Part shown: piece by piece, positions 1 through 8,968 of the stretch
Layout: the number at the start of each line of letters is the position of its first letter
Numbering within the stretch: the stretch's first letter is position 1
Notes under the pieces: generated by a model
What the model saw: the letters and a program-made list of their open reading frames with translations, nothing else
The model's database searches: none
What the model was told of the DNA's origin: nothing
Position numbers and translations under genes: made by a program
IMG/VR virus record: IMGVR_UViG_3300017816_000002
Length of the DNA: 36,280 nt
Strand: one strand, 5' to 3'
From: a virus

Positions 1-123
1 CCGTCCAGACCGACGCCGGCAACGCCTACGTGCTGATGGCCGTGGCCGAGGTCAGGGGCGGGCCCTGGTTCGGCGACGAGGAAACCGCGGCCGGGCCGAC
101 CGAGCTCACCGTTACCGATACCC
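1..123. repeat. Terminal direct repeat, copy A (contig-closure overlap or terminal redundancy)
   Basis: Bases 1-123 are base-for-base identical to 36158-36280, the last 123 bases. The unit length is therefore 36157 bp and the element is circular or circularly permuted. Confidence 0.95.
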
Positions 124-128
124 CATGA
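1..128 (+). CDS. 3' end (partial, redundant copy) of the hypothetical gene that starts at 35887
   Basis: The frame of the 35887 ORF carries through the repeat (codons phased on position 3) to TGA 126-128. This forms an ATGA overlap with the terS start at 125. Confidence 0.6.
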   Translation, partial: VQTDAGNAYVLMAVAEVRGGPWFGDEETAAGPTELTVTDTP

Positions 129-565
129 CCGCGCAGTACGACCGTTCCATCGCCGACGAGATCCTGCGGCGAGTGGCCGAAGGCGAGCCGCTCCGCGCGA
201 TCCTGCGCAGCGACGGGCGCTTCCCGGGCAAGTCGGTGTTCTACACCTGGCTGGACGCCGACCCGGACCTCAAGGCGAGGTTCCGGCAGGCCCGGGAGGA
301 GGGCGCCGACGCGATCGCGGAGGAGTGCCTGGAGATCGCCGACGACGGCACGAACGACTACGTGATGGGCAAGGACGGCCTGGTGCTGGACGCCGAGCAC
401 ATCCAGCGGTCGAAGCTGCGCGTCTGGACCCGCCTGCAGCTGCTGGCCAAGTGGTTCCCGCAGAAGTACGGCGACAAGGTCTCCATGGAGCACTCCGGCC
501 CTGGTGGCGGCCCCGTCCAGACCGTGACCAGGATCGAGCGGCGCATCGTCAAGCCGGACGGATGA
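125..565 (+). CDS. terS: Terminase small subunit
   Basis: 146 aa. The pattern ARFRQAREEGADAIAEECLEIADDG...SKLRVWTRLQLLAKWFPQKYGDK is typical of Sf6/P22-type small terminases (recollection). Its stop is ATGA-coupled to the terL start. Confidence 0.85.
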   Translation: MTAQYDRSIADEILRRVAEGEPLRAILRSDGRFPGKSVFYTWLDADPDLKARFRQAREEGADAIAEECLEIADDGTNDYVMGKDGLVLDAEHIQRSKLRVWTRLQLLAKWFPQKYGDKVSMEHSGPGGGPVQTVTRIERRIVKPDG

Positions 566-1884
566 GCGCGCTGGAGATCGAGACGGCGGCGGTGTTCGAG
601 CCGCTGTTGCGGCCGGCGCGCTACAAGGGGGCGCACGGCGGCCGAGGCTCCGGGAAGAGCCACTTCTTCGCCAGCCTGGCCGTGGAGGACGCGCTGGCGT
701 TCCCTGGCGAGGCCGGCGACGGCCTGCGGATGGTCTGCATCCGCGAGGTCCAGAAGTCGCTGAAGCACTCGGCCAAAAGCCTGATCGAGTCCACGCTGAC
801 CAAGTACGGTCTGGGCGAGGCGCAGGGATTCCGGGTGTTCAAGGAGGTGATCGAGACGCCGAAGGGCGGCCTGATCATCTTCCAGGGCATGCAGGACCAC
901 ACCGCCGACTCGATCAAGTCGCTGGAGGGATTCCACCGGGCGTGGGTCGAAGAGGCGCAGAGCCTGTCTCCGCGGTCGCTGGAGCTGCTCACCCCGACGA
1001 TCCGCTGGGAAGACAAGCAGCGCGGCCTGCAGTCCGAACTGTGGTTCGGCTGGAACCCGCGGCGGAAGACGGATCCGGTCGACACGATGCTGCGCGGGCC
1101 GACATTGCCGACTGGCGCGGTGGTGGTGCGGGCCAACTGGTCGGACAACCCGTGGTTCCCGTCGGTCCTGGAGCAGGAGCGCCAGGACTGCCTGCGTCGG
1201 AACCCCGACCAGTACCCGCACATCTGGGAGGGCGAGTACGCCACTGCCATCAGCGGCGCCTACTACGCGCAGGCCCTGGCCGAGGCGAAGCTGCAGGGGC
1301 GGATCGGCAACCTCTCGGCCGACCCGCTGATGACGCTGCGGGCCTACTGGGACATCGGCGGCACCGGAGCCAAAGCGGACGCGTGCGCCATCTGGATCGT
1401 GCAGTTCGTGGGGCGCGAGGTCCGCATCCTGCGCTACTACGAGGCGGTGGGGCAGCCCCTGGCGACCCACGTCGAGTGGCTGCGCCGCAACGGCTACGGG
1501 AGCGCCCTGTGCATCCTGCCGCACGACGGCGCGGCGCACGACAAGGTCTACAAGACAAGTTACGAGAGCGCGCTGCGAGCGGCCGGATTCGAGGTGCGCG
1601 TGCTGCCCAACATGGGCGCCGGCGCCGCGATGACCCGCATCGAGGCTGGCCGGCGGGTGTTCCCGTCCTGCTGGTTCGATGAGCGCGGCACCGAGGCCGG
1701 CCGCGATGCCCTGGGCTGGTACCACGAGAGGCGCGACGAGAGCAGGAGCATCGGACTGGGACCGGACCACGACTGGTCCAGCCACGGCGCCGACGCGTTC
1801 GGCCTGATGGCCGTCGACTACCTGAACACGAACCACGAAACCCCGGACCTGTCGGCCCTGGAGCACTACTCGGTGGACTACTGA
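562..1884 (+). CDS. terL: Terminase large subunit (PBSX/Terminase_3-like)
   Basis: Start taken at ATG 562, overlapping the terS stop. Walker A motif GGRGSGKSH lies near the N-terminus. 440 aa with high GC3. The portal gene follows directly. Confidence 0.93.
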   Translation: MSALEIETAAVFEPLLRPARYKGAHGGRGSGKSHFFASLAVEDALAFPGEAGDGLRMVCIREVQKSLKHSAKSLIESTLTKYGLGEAQGFRVFKEVIETPKGGLIIFQGMQDHTADSIKSLEGFHRAWVEEAQSLSPRSLELLTPTIRWEDKQRGLQSELWFGWNPRRKTDPVDTMLRGPTLPTGAVVVRANWSDNPWFPSVLEQERQDCLRRNPDQYPHIWEGEYATAISGAYYAQALAEAKLQGRIGNLSADPLMTLRAYWDIGGTGAKADACAIWIVQFVGREVRILRYYEAVGQPLATHVEWLRRNGYGSALCILPHDGAAHDKVYKTSYESALRAAGFEVRVLPNMGAGAAMTRIEAGRRVFPSCWFDERGTEAGRDALGWYHERRDESRSIGLGPDHDWSSHGADAFGLMAVDYLNTNHETPDLSALEHYSVDY

Positions 1885-3851
1885 TGGCAGAGGCACAGAA
1901 TCGGGACGCCCTGAATGAAATGCGGCGCCGCTACGCGCTGGCGTCCGACCACGTCAAGGACGCATACGACAAGTCGCGTGATGACGTGCGCTTCGTGGAC
2001 GTCCCGGGGCACCAGTGGGACGCCAAGCTCAGGGCGCGCCGCGGCGACCGCCCGATCTACGAGTTCCCGAAGCTGGCCAGCCACTGCCGGCAGATCATCA
2101 ACGAGATGCGGCAGAGCCGGCCGCAGGCCAAGATCCGCGGCGTGGAGGAGTCCGACCGGGCATTGGCCGAGCTGATGCAGGGGATCATCCGCAACATCGA
2201 GTCCGTCTCGAACGCGGAGCAGGCCTACGACATCGGCTTCGACTTCGCGGTCAAGGGCGGCTTCGGCTTCTGGCGCATCTGCACCGACTACGCCAAGGAC
2301 GATGATTTCGAGCTGGACATATTCATCAAGCCGGTTCGCAACCCGTTCGCGGTCAAGTTTGACCCGGCCGCGGTGGAGATCGATCGGCGCGACGCCAACT
2401 TCTGCTTCGTGGAGGAGCTGATACCCGTCGAGGAGTTCCGGGCCCGTTATCCGAAGGCCGACCTCCATGACTTCGACGAGGACAGCGCCTGCAAGGACTG
2501 GCGCGAGGCCGGCCAGGTCCGGGTCGCCGAGTACTGGGAGAAAGTGCCGCGCAAGCGCCGCTTGCTGGCCCTGAGCGACGGCCGGGTGGTGTTCCTCGAC
2601 GACATCGCCGGGCAGTCCGGGCTGGGCGAGGATGAGGCGCTGGAGTTCCTGGCCGCGTCGGGCATCCAGGTGGTGCGGGAGCGCGAGGTCCAGAGCCACA
2701 AGGTCCAGATGCGGCTGACCAACGGGCACGAGTGGCTGACCGAGCCCTACGAGTTCCCGAGCAAGTTCATTCCCATCGTGCCGGTCTGGGGCAACATCCA
2801 GAACATCGACGGCGAGGACGTGTTCTACGGCATGGTCCGCCCGAATAAGGACCAGCAGCGCCTGCACAACGTGCACCGCACCGCGGCGATCGAGGCCGTG
2901 GCGAAGGCTCCGAAGGCGCCGTTCGTCGTCAAGCTTGGGTGGATCAAGGGGCTGGAGCGATTCTGGCGCAATGCCAACTCCGAGGACTACCCCTTCCTGC
3001 CGGTCAACGACGACGCCGACGCACTGCCGCAGCGCGCCCCCCAGGCCGAGATCCCGGCGGCGCTGCTGCAGCTGGCCGCGCTGGACAACGAGGACATCAA
3101 GGCCAGCACCGGCCAGTACGACGCCAGCCTCGGCGCCCGGTCCAACGAGACCAGCGGCCGCGCCATCACCGCGCGCAAGATGCAGGGCGCGACGGCCACA
3201 TTCAACTACATCGACAACCTGGCCTACGCCATCCGCTACAGCGCAGAGATCCTCGTGGACATGATCCCGCGGGTCTACGACACCCAGCGCGTGGTGCGCG
3301 TGCTCGGCGAGGACGGCGGCGCGAAGTGGAAGACCCTGTACCAGGAGGTCGTTGACCCGACCACCGGCCAGACCGTCATGCTCAACGACATCCGCAAGGG
3401 CAAGTACGACGTAACCGTGACTGTCGGGCCGAGCTACGCCACGCAGCGCTTGGAGGCTGTGGACGCGTTCACCACCCTGCTGGGTCAGATGGGGCCGGGT
3501 CTGCCGCCTCCGATTGCCTCGCTCATGGCGTACACGGCGATCCACAACATGGACTTGCCGGGGTCCGACAAGGTGGACGAGGCATTCCGCAAGCTGCTCG
3601 TGCAGATGGGGGTCATGCAGCCGCGGGAAGGTGACGAGCCGCCGCCGCCGCCGCAGCCCAGCCCGGCCGAAGTTGCCAAGGCTGAGAAGGACGCCGCGCA
3701 AGCAGCGCTCTACGGGGCGCAGGCAGAGCGGCAGCAGATCGAGAACCAGGCCGCGTCGCAGATTCTACAGGCTCCGATCATGCCGGCGATGGACTTCACG
3801 CCGCAAGGCGGATTCATGCCCGATCCGGGCTATGCAACTGGCGCCTACTGA
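1884..3851 (+). CDS. Portal protein (P22-type)
   Basis: 655 aa with a TGATG overlap to terL. Size, position and a Pro/Gln-rich C-terminal tail fit P22-family portals. Confidence 0.88.
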   Translation: MAEAQNRDALNEMRRRYALASDHVKDAYDKSRDDVRFVDVPGHQWDAKLRARRGDRPIYEFPKLASHCRQIINEMRQSRPQAKIRGVEESDRALAELMQGIIRNIESVSNAEQAYDIGFDFAVKGGFGFWRICTDYAKDDDFELDIFIKPVRNPFAVKFDPAAVEIDRRDANFCFVEELIPVEEFRARYPKADLHDFDEDSACKDWREAGQVRVAEYWEKVPRKRRLLALSDGRVVFLDDIAGQSGLGEDEALEFLAASGIQVVREREVQSHKVQMRLTNGHEWLTEPYEFPSKFIPIVPVWGNIQNIDGEDVFYGMVRPNKDQQRLHNVHRTAAIEAVAKAPKAPFVVKLGWIKGLERFWRNANSEDYPFLPVNDDADALPQRAPQAEIPAALLQLAALDNEDIKASTGQYDASLGARSNETSGRAITARKMQGATATFNYIDNLAYAIRYSAEILVDMIPRVYDTQRVVRVLGEDGGAKWKTLYQEVVDPTTGQTVMLNDIRKGKYDVTVTVGPSYATQRLEAVDAFTTLLGQMGPGLPPPIASLMAYTAIHNMDLPGSDKVDEAFRKLLVQMGVMQPREGDEPPPPPQPSPAEVAKAEKDAAQAALYGAQAERQQIENQAASQILQAPIMPAMDFTPQGGFMPDPGYATGAY

Positions 3852-3897
3852 GCCAGACCGCACCCGCCCGGCTTGGCGGGAACCCTAGAGGTGCGAA

Positions 3898-4731
3898 ATG
3901 ACCGACGAAACCGAAACCCTTCCGGGTAGCGGCGAGGCGAGTGCGCCCGCTGCGGACACCGCAGTCCCCAAGAATGACGCCGAGGCCGCCGCGCAGGATG
4001 CGCAGAAGGCCGAGGAGGAAAAGCGCGAATCCAAGCCGGACGAGGCTCAGGCCAAGCGCAAGAACCGCACAACCGAGTACATCGAACGGCTGAAAGGCGA
4101 GGCTGCGCGGGCGCGAGAGCTTGAGCGAAAGCTCGCTGAGCTGGAGGCGCGCCTGCCCAAGCCGGAGGGGCCGAAGCCCCCGGACCCCAAGGACTTCTAC
4201 GAAGACCCGATTGGATTCACCAAGGCCCAGGCAGAGTTCCAGGTAATGGAGGCTCGCCGCAAGTGGGAGGAGGAGCAGCGGGCAGCCGCAAAGCAGGCCG
4301 AGGAACAGAGGCTGTGGCAGTCCTACCAGGAGCGCGCCTTGAAGTTCGCGGCGGAACACGAAGATTTCGAGGAGGTGGTCAATTCCGTCCGCTTCCCTCT
4401 GGCGCCTGAAGTTCAGGCCGCGATTGCCGCCCATGAGTCCGGGCCTGCAATCGCCTACCACATTGGACTCAACGCACATGATGCGTTCCTTCTCGCCCAG
4501 ACCAAGCCGGAGCTGGCCCAGTTTGCGGTTGAGCTGATCGCATCGCGCATGAAGGCCGCGCCCGAAGTGCCCTCGCCTCCCGCAGCCACGGCGGAAACAC
4601 CCAAACCCATCAGCCAAGCACCTGCTCCGCCGCCGCGAGTCGGCGGTCGCTCCCCTACCGAGGTCCCGAAGGAAAAGATGACCGACGAGGAATGGTACCG
4701 GGCCGAGCAGGAACGCAGGCGCAAGCGATAA
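3898..4731 (+). CDS. Scaffolding protein
   Basis: 277 aa, rich in Ala/Glu/Lys/Arg and coiled-coil-like (ERKLAELEARL, EEEQRAAAKQAEEQR). Lies between the portal and coat genes. Confidence 0.7.
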   Translation: MTDETETLPGSGEASAPAADTAVPKNDAEAAAQDAQKAEEEKRESKPDEAQAKRKNRTTEYIERLKGEAARARELERKLAELEARLPKPEGPKPPDPKDFYEDPIGFTKAQAEFQVMEARRKWEEEQRAAAKQAEEQRLWQSYQERALKFAAEHEDFEEVVNSVRFPLAPEVQAAIAAHESGPAIAYHIGLNAHDAFLLAQTKPELAQFAVELIASRMKAAPEVPSPPAATAETPKPISQAPAPPPRVGGRSPTEVPKEKMTDEEWYRAEQERRRKR

Positions 4732-4743
4732 AGGAGAATAGCC

Positions 4744-5952
4744 ATGGCGAACGTAGGCCAGGCACTTACCCATCAGATGATCGCCCGCGAGGCGGCCAAG
4801 ATCCTGCTGGAAAACAACAACGTTGCCAACCACATCAACATCGAGCGCCAGAAGGAGTTCGGTGAGGAGGTCAACGGCTACAAGAAGGGCGATACCGTCA
4901 AGGTCGCGGTGCCGCCGGTCCCGGTGACTTACTCGGGCTCGTCCTTCGCTGGCGGCGGCTCCGCCCCGGCCGCCAAGGAGTCGTACGTTGACCTGACGGT
5001 CGATCAGCAGGAGCACGTTCCGCTGACCTTCACCGCCAAGGAGAAGAAGCTGGAGCTGACCGAGTTCAGCAAGCGCTTCCTCCGCCCGGCGATGACCTCG
5101 CTGGCGAGCAAGATCAACGCGGTGTTCCTCCAGGCGATGTACGAGCAGACCCCGAATGTGGTCGGCGCCTGGGGCACCACTCCGGGTTCGCGCGCCGTGT
5201 GGCGCAATGCGGCGTCCACGCTGGACCGCTTCCTGGCGCCGGAGGACGACCGGTACGCCCACATTTCGGTCGATGCGAGCGATGCGCTGGCGGAAACCAA
5301 CTCCAGCCTGTTCCACACCGCCGATGAAATCCGTGGGGAGTTCAGCAAGAACGCCATCGGCACCTTCGCGGGCCTGGAGTTCTACAAGCAGCTGTCCCTG
5401 CCGGTTCACGCCAATGGTGCCGGTGCTGGCTACCTGATCAATGGCGCCTCGCAGACCGGCTCGACCCTGACCGTTGACACCGGCAGTGGTGCCATCACCA
5501 AGGGCTCGATCATCACCATCGCTGGCGTGAACGCGGTCCACCCGATCACGGGCGCTGACCTTGGCATCCCGGCCAAGTTCGTGGTGACTGCAAATGTCAC
5601 CTCGGGTGCCACCTCGATCCCGATCTACCCGGCGCTGATCCCGAACACCACCAGTGTGCGCGGCAACGTCACCGCTTCGCCGGGCGACAATGCGGCCATC
5701 ACCGTGTTCGGCACTGCGTCGCAGTCCAAGGTGCAGGATCTGGTGTTCCACCGGGATGCTTTCGCCGCCGCGTTCGCGCCGCTGCCGGTGCTGGCGTCGT
5801 GCGAGGGCTACACCGCCTCGATCAAGGGCATCAGTGTCCGTGTGATGACCTTCGGCGATGGCAAGAGCGACGAGGAGCACACCCGTATCGATGTGCTGTT
5901 CGCCAAGCCGACCGCCGTGCGTCCGTACCACTCGGTGCGCGTCACTGAGTAA
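4744..5952 (+). CDS. Major capsid (coat) protein, P22 gp5-like
   Basis: 402 aa with an AAGGAG SD upstream and very high GC3. Position is after the scaffold gene, and a strong GC hairpin follows. Confidence 0.88.
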   Translation: MANVGQALTHQMIAREAAKILLENNNVANHINIERQKEFGEEVNGYKKGDTVKVAVPPVPVTYSGSSFAGGGSAPAAKESYVDLTVDQQEHVPLTFTAKEKKLELTEFSKRFLRPAMTSLASKINAVFLQAMYEQTPNVVGAWGTTPGSRAVWRNAASTLDRFLAPEDDRYAHISVDASDALAETNSSLFHTADEIRGEFSKNAIGTFAGLEFYKQLSLPVHANGAGAGYLINGASQTGSTLTVDTGSGAITKGSIITIAGVNAVHPITGADLGIPAKFVVTANVTSGATSIPIYPALIPNTTSVRGNVTASPGDNAAITVFGTASQSKVQDLVFHRDAFAAAFAPLPVLASCEGYTASIKGISVRVMTFGDGKSDEEHTRIDVLFAKPTAVRPYHSVRVTE

Positions 5953-5961
5953 GCCAACTGT

Positions 5962-5987
5962 GGGAGGGCGGCGGCTGTCGCCCTCCC
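5962..5987 (+). terminator. GC-rich hairpin after the coat gene (attenuator/terminator-like)
   Basis: GGGAGGGCG (5962-5970) pairs with CGCCCTCCC (5979-5987) across an 8-nt loop. It is followed by CATTTC, which is only a weak U tract. Confidence 0.5.
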
Positions 5988-6004
5988 CATTTCAGGAAAA
6001 GGAA

Positions 6005-6169
6005 GTGTCCGAGAACATTTATCCCACCTGGCTTTACAAGGACGGCATCGTTGGGGAGGACGCGCGCCTGGTCAACGACGCTGAGCAGGAGGCCGCCGCC
6101 CGCAAGGACGGCTACATCGATCACACCGAATACAAGCCTGCCAAGCAGGCCAAGAGCAAGGGCGCGTAA
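6005..6169 (+). CDS. Small hypothetical virion-module protein (54 aa, GTG start)
   Basis: GTG 6005 is preceded by AGGAAAAGGAA. It is in frame with track ORF 5858..6169, whose upstream part looks off-frame. Confidence 0.5.
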   Translation: MSENIYPTWLYKDGIVGEDARLVNDAEQEAAARKDGYIDHTEYKPAKQAKSKGA

Positions 6170-6171
6170 GG

Positions 6172-6585
6172 ATGACCAAGGTGTCGGAAGTCGTTAGGGA
6201 CGCATTGCTGGTGATGCGCGTCATCGACGCATCCGGCGCCCCCGATGCTGACGAGGCACGGGATGCGGTCAACGCGCTCAACCGCATGATGCGCACATGG
6301 GAGGCTGAGGGCCTGGCGCTTGGGTGGTCTGATGTCGAGGGCGTTGATGATGACCTGCCGGCCCCGGCGGAGGCTGAGGAAGCCATCGTCTACGGGCTGG
6401 CGTTGCGTCTGCGCCCGATATTTGGGCGGGCGCTGGAGCCGGACGTGATTGCAATGGCCGAGTCATCGCTGTCTGCACTCCGCGCGCTTTCCATGAACGG
6501 GCAGTGGTCGCGCGTGAGCTATGACGATCTTCCGGTCGGCAGTGGGCAGCGCGTGGGCAGTTGGCGAGACGGGTTCAATAGCTGA
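6172..6585 (+). CDS. Head-to-tail adaptor, P22 gp4-like
   Basis: 137 aa. EVVRDALLVMRVIDASG...DAVNALNRMMRTWEAEG and DLPVGSGQR parallel the remembered P22 gp4 segments DLVRAALRKLGV...DAVDDLEAMMAEWYQDG and RMPTGSGNS. Sits upstream of the gp10-like gene. Confidence 0.72.
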   Translation: MTKVSEVVRDALLVMRVIDASGAPDADEARDAVNALNRMMRTWEAEGLALGWSDVEGVDDDLPAPAEAEEAIVYGLALRLRPIFGRALEPDVIAMAESSLSALRALSMNGQWSRVSYDDLPVGSGQRVGSWRDGFNS

Positions 6586-8750
6586 TGGCCATGCGCCAAG
6601 TCCCGGTCGTTGGTGGGTTCTACGACGACCCGAACAAGCACTGGAGCCGACAGGACGTTCTGAACTGGCTGCCCGTGCCTGCGGAGCGGCCCGGCACCAA
6701 GACGGCATTCCGCCTGAAAAACGCGCCGGGGATGCGCCCTCTTGTCGATGTTGGCGGCGAGGGGCGTATTCGCGGAATGCGCAATGTTGAGGGCAAGCTG
6801 TTTGTCGTCCAGGGCAATCAGCTGTACCAGATCAGCAGCAAGCTTGTGGCGCTGCCTCTCGGCACGATTCCGGGCGTTGGCCGAGTGTCGATGGCCCACA
6901 ACGCCAAGGGTCTGGGGAATGAGCTGATGATTGTCAACGGCTCGGCGGGCTACGTCTACGACACCAACACCAAGGCGCTGGCCAAGGTGACGGACGAGGG
7001 CTACCCTGGCGCGGTCGTTGTCGATTTTGTGGATCAGTATTTCGCCCAGGTCGAGCCGCAGGGGCGCTACTGGTTCCACTCCGATCTCGCGGACGGGCAC
7101 AGCTACAACACGCTGGACCGCTACCAGGCGGAGGCGGACCCGGACCGGATCACGGGAATCCTGACGCTGCAGCCAGAGGTGCTGGTGTTTGGGCGCGACA
7201 CCACTGAGGTCTACGTCAACGCAGGCGGCGCGACCGGCACCTTCCAACGGGCGTCGAACACCATCATCCAGGCGGGTTGCTCTGCCCGATTCAGCCCGCG
7301 CCGCATGGATAACACGGCGTTCTGGCTGGATGACAAGCGCTTGGTGCGCCGGTTGGACGGCTACACCCCGGTCATCGTGTCCACCGAGGCGATCAACGCC
7401 GCATTCTGGGAGTGCAGTGAGGCCGAAATTTCGCAGGCCTACGCATTCACCTGGGAGTCCGGTAGCCACAAGGTGTACTACATCACCGTCCCTGGGCGTT
7501 TCACCTTCGGCTATGACGCCTGGTCGCAGGAATGGCATAGGCGCGACACTCCGGGCTATCCGCACTGGGCTGTTACCGACGTTGCCTTCTGGAACGGGGA
7601 GTGGATCGCAGCGGACGCACTTTCTGGCAGGCTCTACGTTCTGGATTGGGCGTATCCGCGCTATGGTTGTGACGAGTTGGTGCGCTCCCGCACCACTGGC
7701 AAGCTCTTTGCCGATGGGAACAGGATCACGCTCAACGAGGTGCGGCTGCTGCTGGATACCGGCAACGGAGAGGTGCCTTGCGTACCGTTTGCGGAGCAGC
7801 CGGAAGGCCCGACGCTGAGCGGATCGGCTCCGGACGGCTGGATTCATCTTGAGTACGACGACTTCACCTATACAGCCACGCCCGGCGGCGCGCCTATTGC
7901 GTCCATCAAAATGACCGGCGGCACGCTCCCCAAGGGCATGCAGTTCAACAATGGCGTTCTGTCCGGCACTCCTACAGAAGTAGGCTCGCACACAATTCAC
8001 ATGCGGGTCGAGGACGAAAACGGGCTTTGGGCTCTGCATTCGGACACGATCCTGATCGACGTGCCCCGCTGGGATCCGCTTCACACCGGCGCGGGCGGTG
8101 TGCTGGAGAACGCGACCAAGACCTTCGTCACGGACATCACTACCTCGCAGCGCCCGATGACCCGCTCCTACATCGGGGCAACGCTGGCCGACAAGTTTTA
8201 CTGCGAGGTGGTCCTTGATGTGCTGCCGGTGGTTGCCGGTGGTGATCCGGCTTTCTCTATCGGCATCGTCAATCAGGATCACGCCTATAGCAATGCGCCC
8301 TACGTGGGCAGCAACCACGGCTTTGGCGCGGCTCGTGGCATTGGTGTGCTTCCGGGGAAAACAACGGGGCAGAACGTGACGATATCGGGGTGTGGGGGGG
8401 CGGGAAGTGGGGAGGTGTTCGGCCCTGCATTCACCGGCGCAGGGCAGGTGTTCCGCGTGGCATTCGACGGCCCTGCGGGGAAGATCTGGGTCAGCGACAC
8501 CGAAGACTGGGAGATGTGGGTCACCAATGGTGTGTACGGCCCCTGTGAGGCGGTCACGGCCAACCCGACGCTAGGAACCAACCCCCTGTCGGAGATTTTT
8601 GCCTGGGAGAGCGGGACCGCATTCTATGTTGCCGTCGCCGGTCGCGACGGGGATGACGGAACGCACCTCAGGGCGACACTCCGCATCCTGCCGGAGGAGT
8701 TCGACTATCCGATCCCGGGCGGTTTCAAGGCGCTGGGGGAGCTGGCATGA
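6585..8750 (+). CDS. Tail hub protein, P22 gp10-like N-terminal region fused to He_PIG (putative Ig) and SPRY-like C-terminal domains
   Basis: 721 aa. GVGRVSMAHN and YWFHSDLADGHSYNTLDRYQAEADPDRITGI match remembered gp10 motifs. Residues ~410-492 carry GTLPKGMQFNNGVLSGTPTEVGSHTIHMRVEDENG (He_PIG signature). Residues ~495-718 have SPRY-like features (DKFYCEV, FSIGIV, GQVFRVAFDGPAGKIW, FDYPIPGGFKAL). Confidence 0.82.
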   Translation: MAMRQVPVVGGFYDDPNKHWSRQDVLNWLPVPAERPGTKTAFRLKNAPGMRPLVDVGGEGRIRGMRNVEGKLFVVQGNQLYQISSKLVALPLGTIPGVGRVSMAHNAKGLGNELMIVNGSAGYVYDTNTKALAKVTDEGYPGAVVVDFVDQYFAQVEPQGRYWFHSDLADGHSYNTLDRYQAEADPDRITGILTLQPEVLVFGRDTTEVYVNAGGATGTFQRASNTIIQAGCSARFSPRRMDNTAFWLDDKRLVRRLDGYTPVIVSTEAINAAFWECSEAEISQAYAFTWESGSHKVYYITVPGRFTFGYDAWSQEWHRRDTPGYPHWAVTDVAFWNGEWIAADALSGRLYVLDWAYPRYGCDELVRSRTTGKLFADGNRITLNEVRLLLDTGNGEVPCVPFAEQPEGPTLSGSAPDGWIHLEYDDFTYTATPGGAPIASIKMTGGTLPKGMQFNNGVLSGTPTEVGSHTIHMRVEDENGLWALHSDTILIDVPRWDPLHTGAGGVLENATKTFVTDITTSQRPMTRSYIGATLADKFYCEVVLDVLPVVAGGDPAFSIGIVNQDHAYSNAPYVGSNHGFGAARGIGVLPGKTTGQNVTISGCGGAGSGEVFGPAFTGAGQVFRVAFDGPAGKIWVSDTEDWEMWVTNGVYGPCEAVTANPTLGTNPLSEIFAWESGTAFYVAVAGRDGDDGTHLRATLRILPEEFDYPIPGGFKALGELA

Positions 8751-8968
8751 GCGATCGAAAAGTAGCCCTCTCGGTCCAGAAGAACAGCAACCGGGAAAAG
8801 ATCGTGACGCGGGAAGCGAGCATTGGTGAGGTAGGGGAGGCGGGCCGGAAGGTCCGCTTCTCGCGTTTTGGGCAGGCGGAGGTGTTCGACATGACAATTC
8901 GCGTCACCTCTCCGGTGTGCGTGGACCTGATGGGCGCGGTTGCCGAGATAGAGGTGGCGGATGACTGA
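8747..8968 (+). CDS. Hypothetical small virion-module protein (73 aa)
   Basis: ATGA overlap with the hub gene stop and overlap with the next gene start. Moderate GC3. Confidence 0.5.
   Translation: MSDRKVALSVQKNSNREKIVTREASIGEVGEAGRKVRFSRFGQAEVFDMTIRVTSPVCVDLMGAVAEIEVADD

Noticed and set aside
325-561. N-terminal extension of the terL frame back to position 325
   Set aside because: The extension overlaps terS out of frame and translates to Arg/Pro-rich sequence. ATG 562 is ATGA-coupled to the terS stop and is followed at once by terminase-like sequence.
358-1896. 512-aa minus-strand ORF antisense to terL. Similar cases are 1878..3701, 3814..5931, 6519..8318 and 11521..12858 on the minus strand.
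   Set aside because: These are typical high-GC shadow ORFs. Their translations are Arg/Gly/Pro/Ala-rich and low-complexity, with no SD. They lie antisense to genes with clear family signatures and high GC3.
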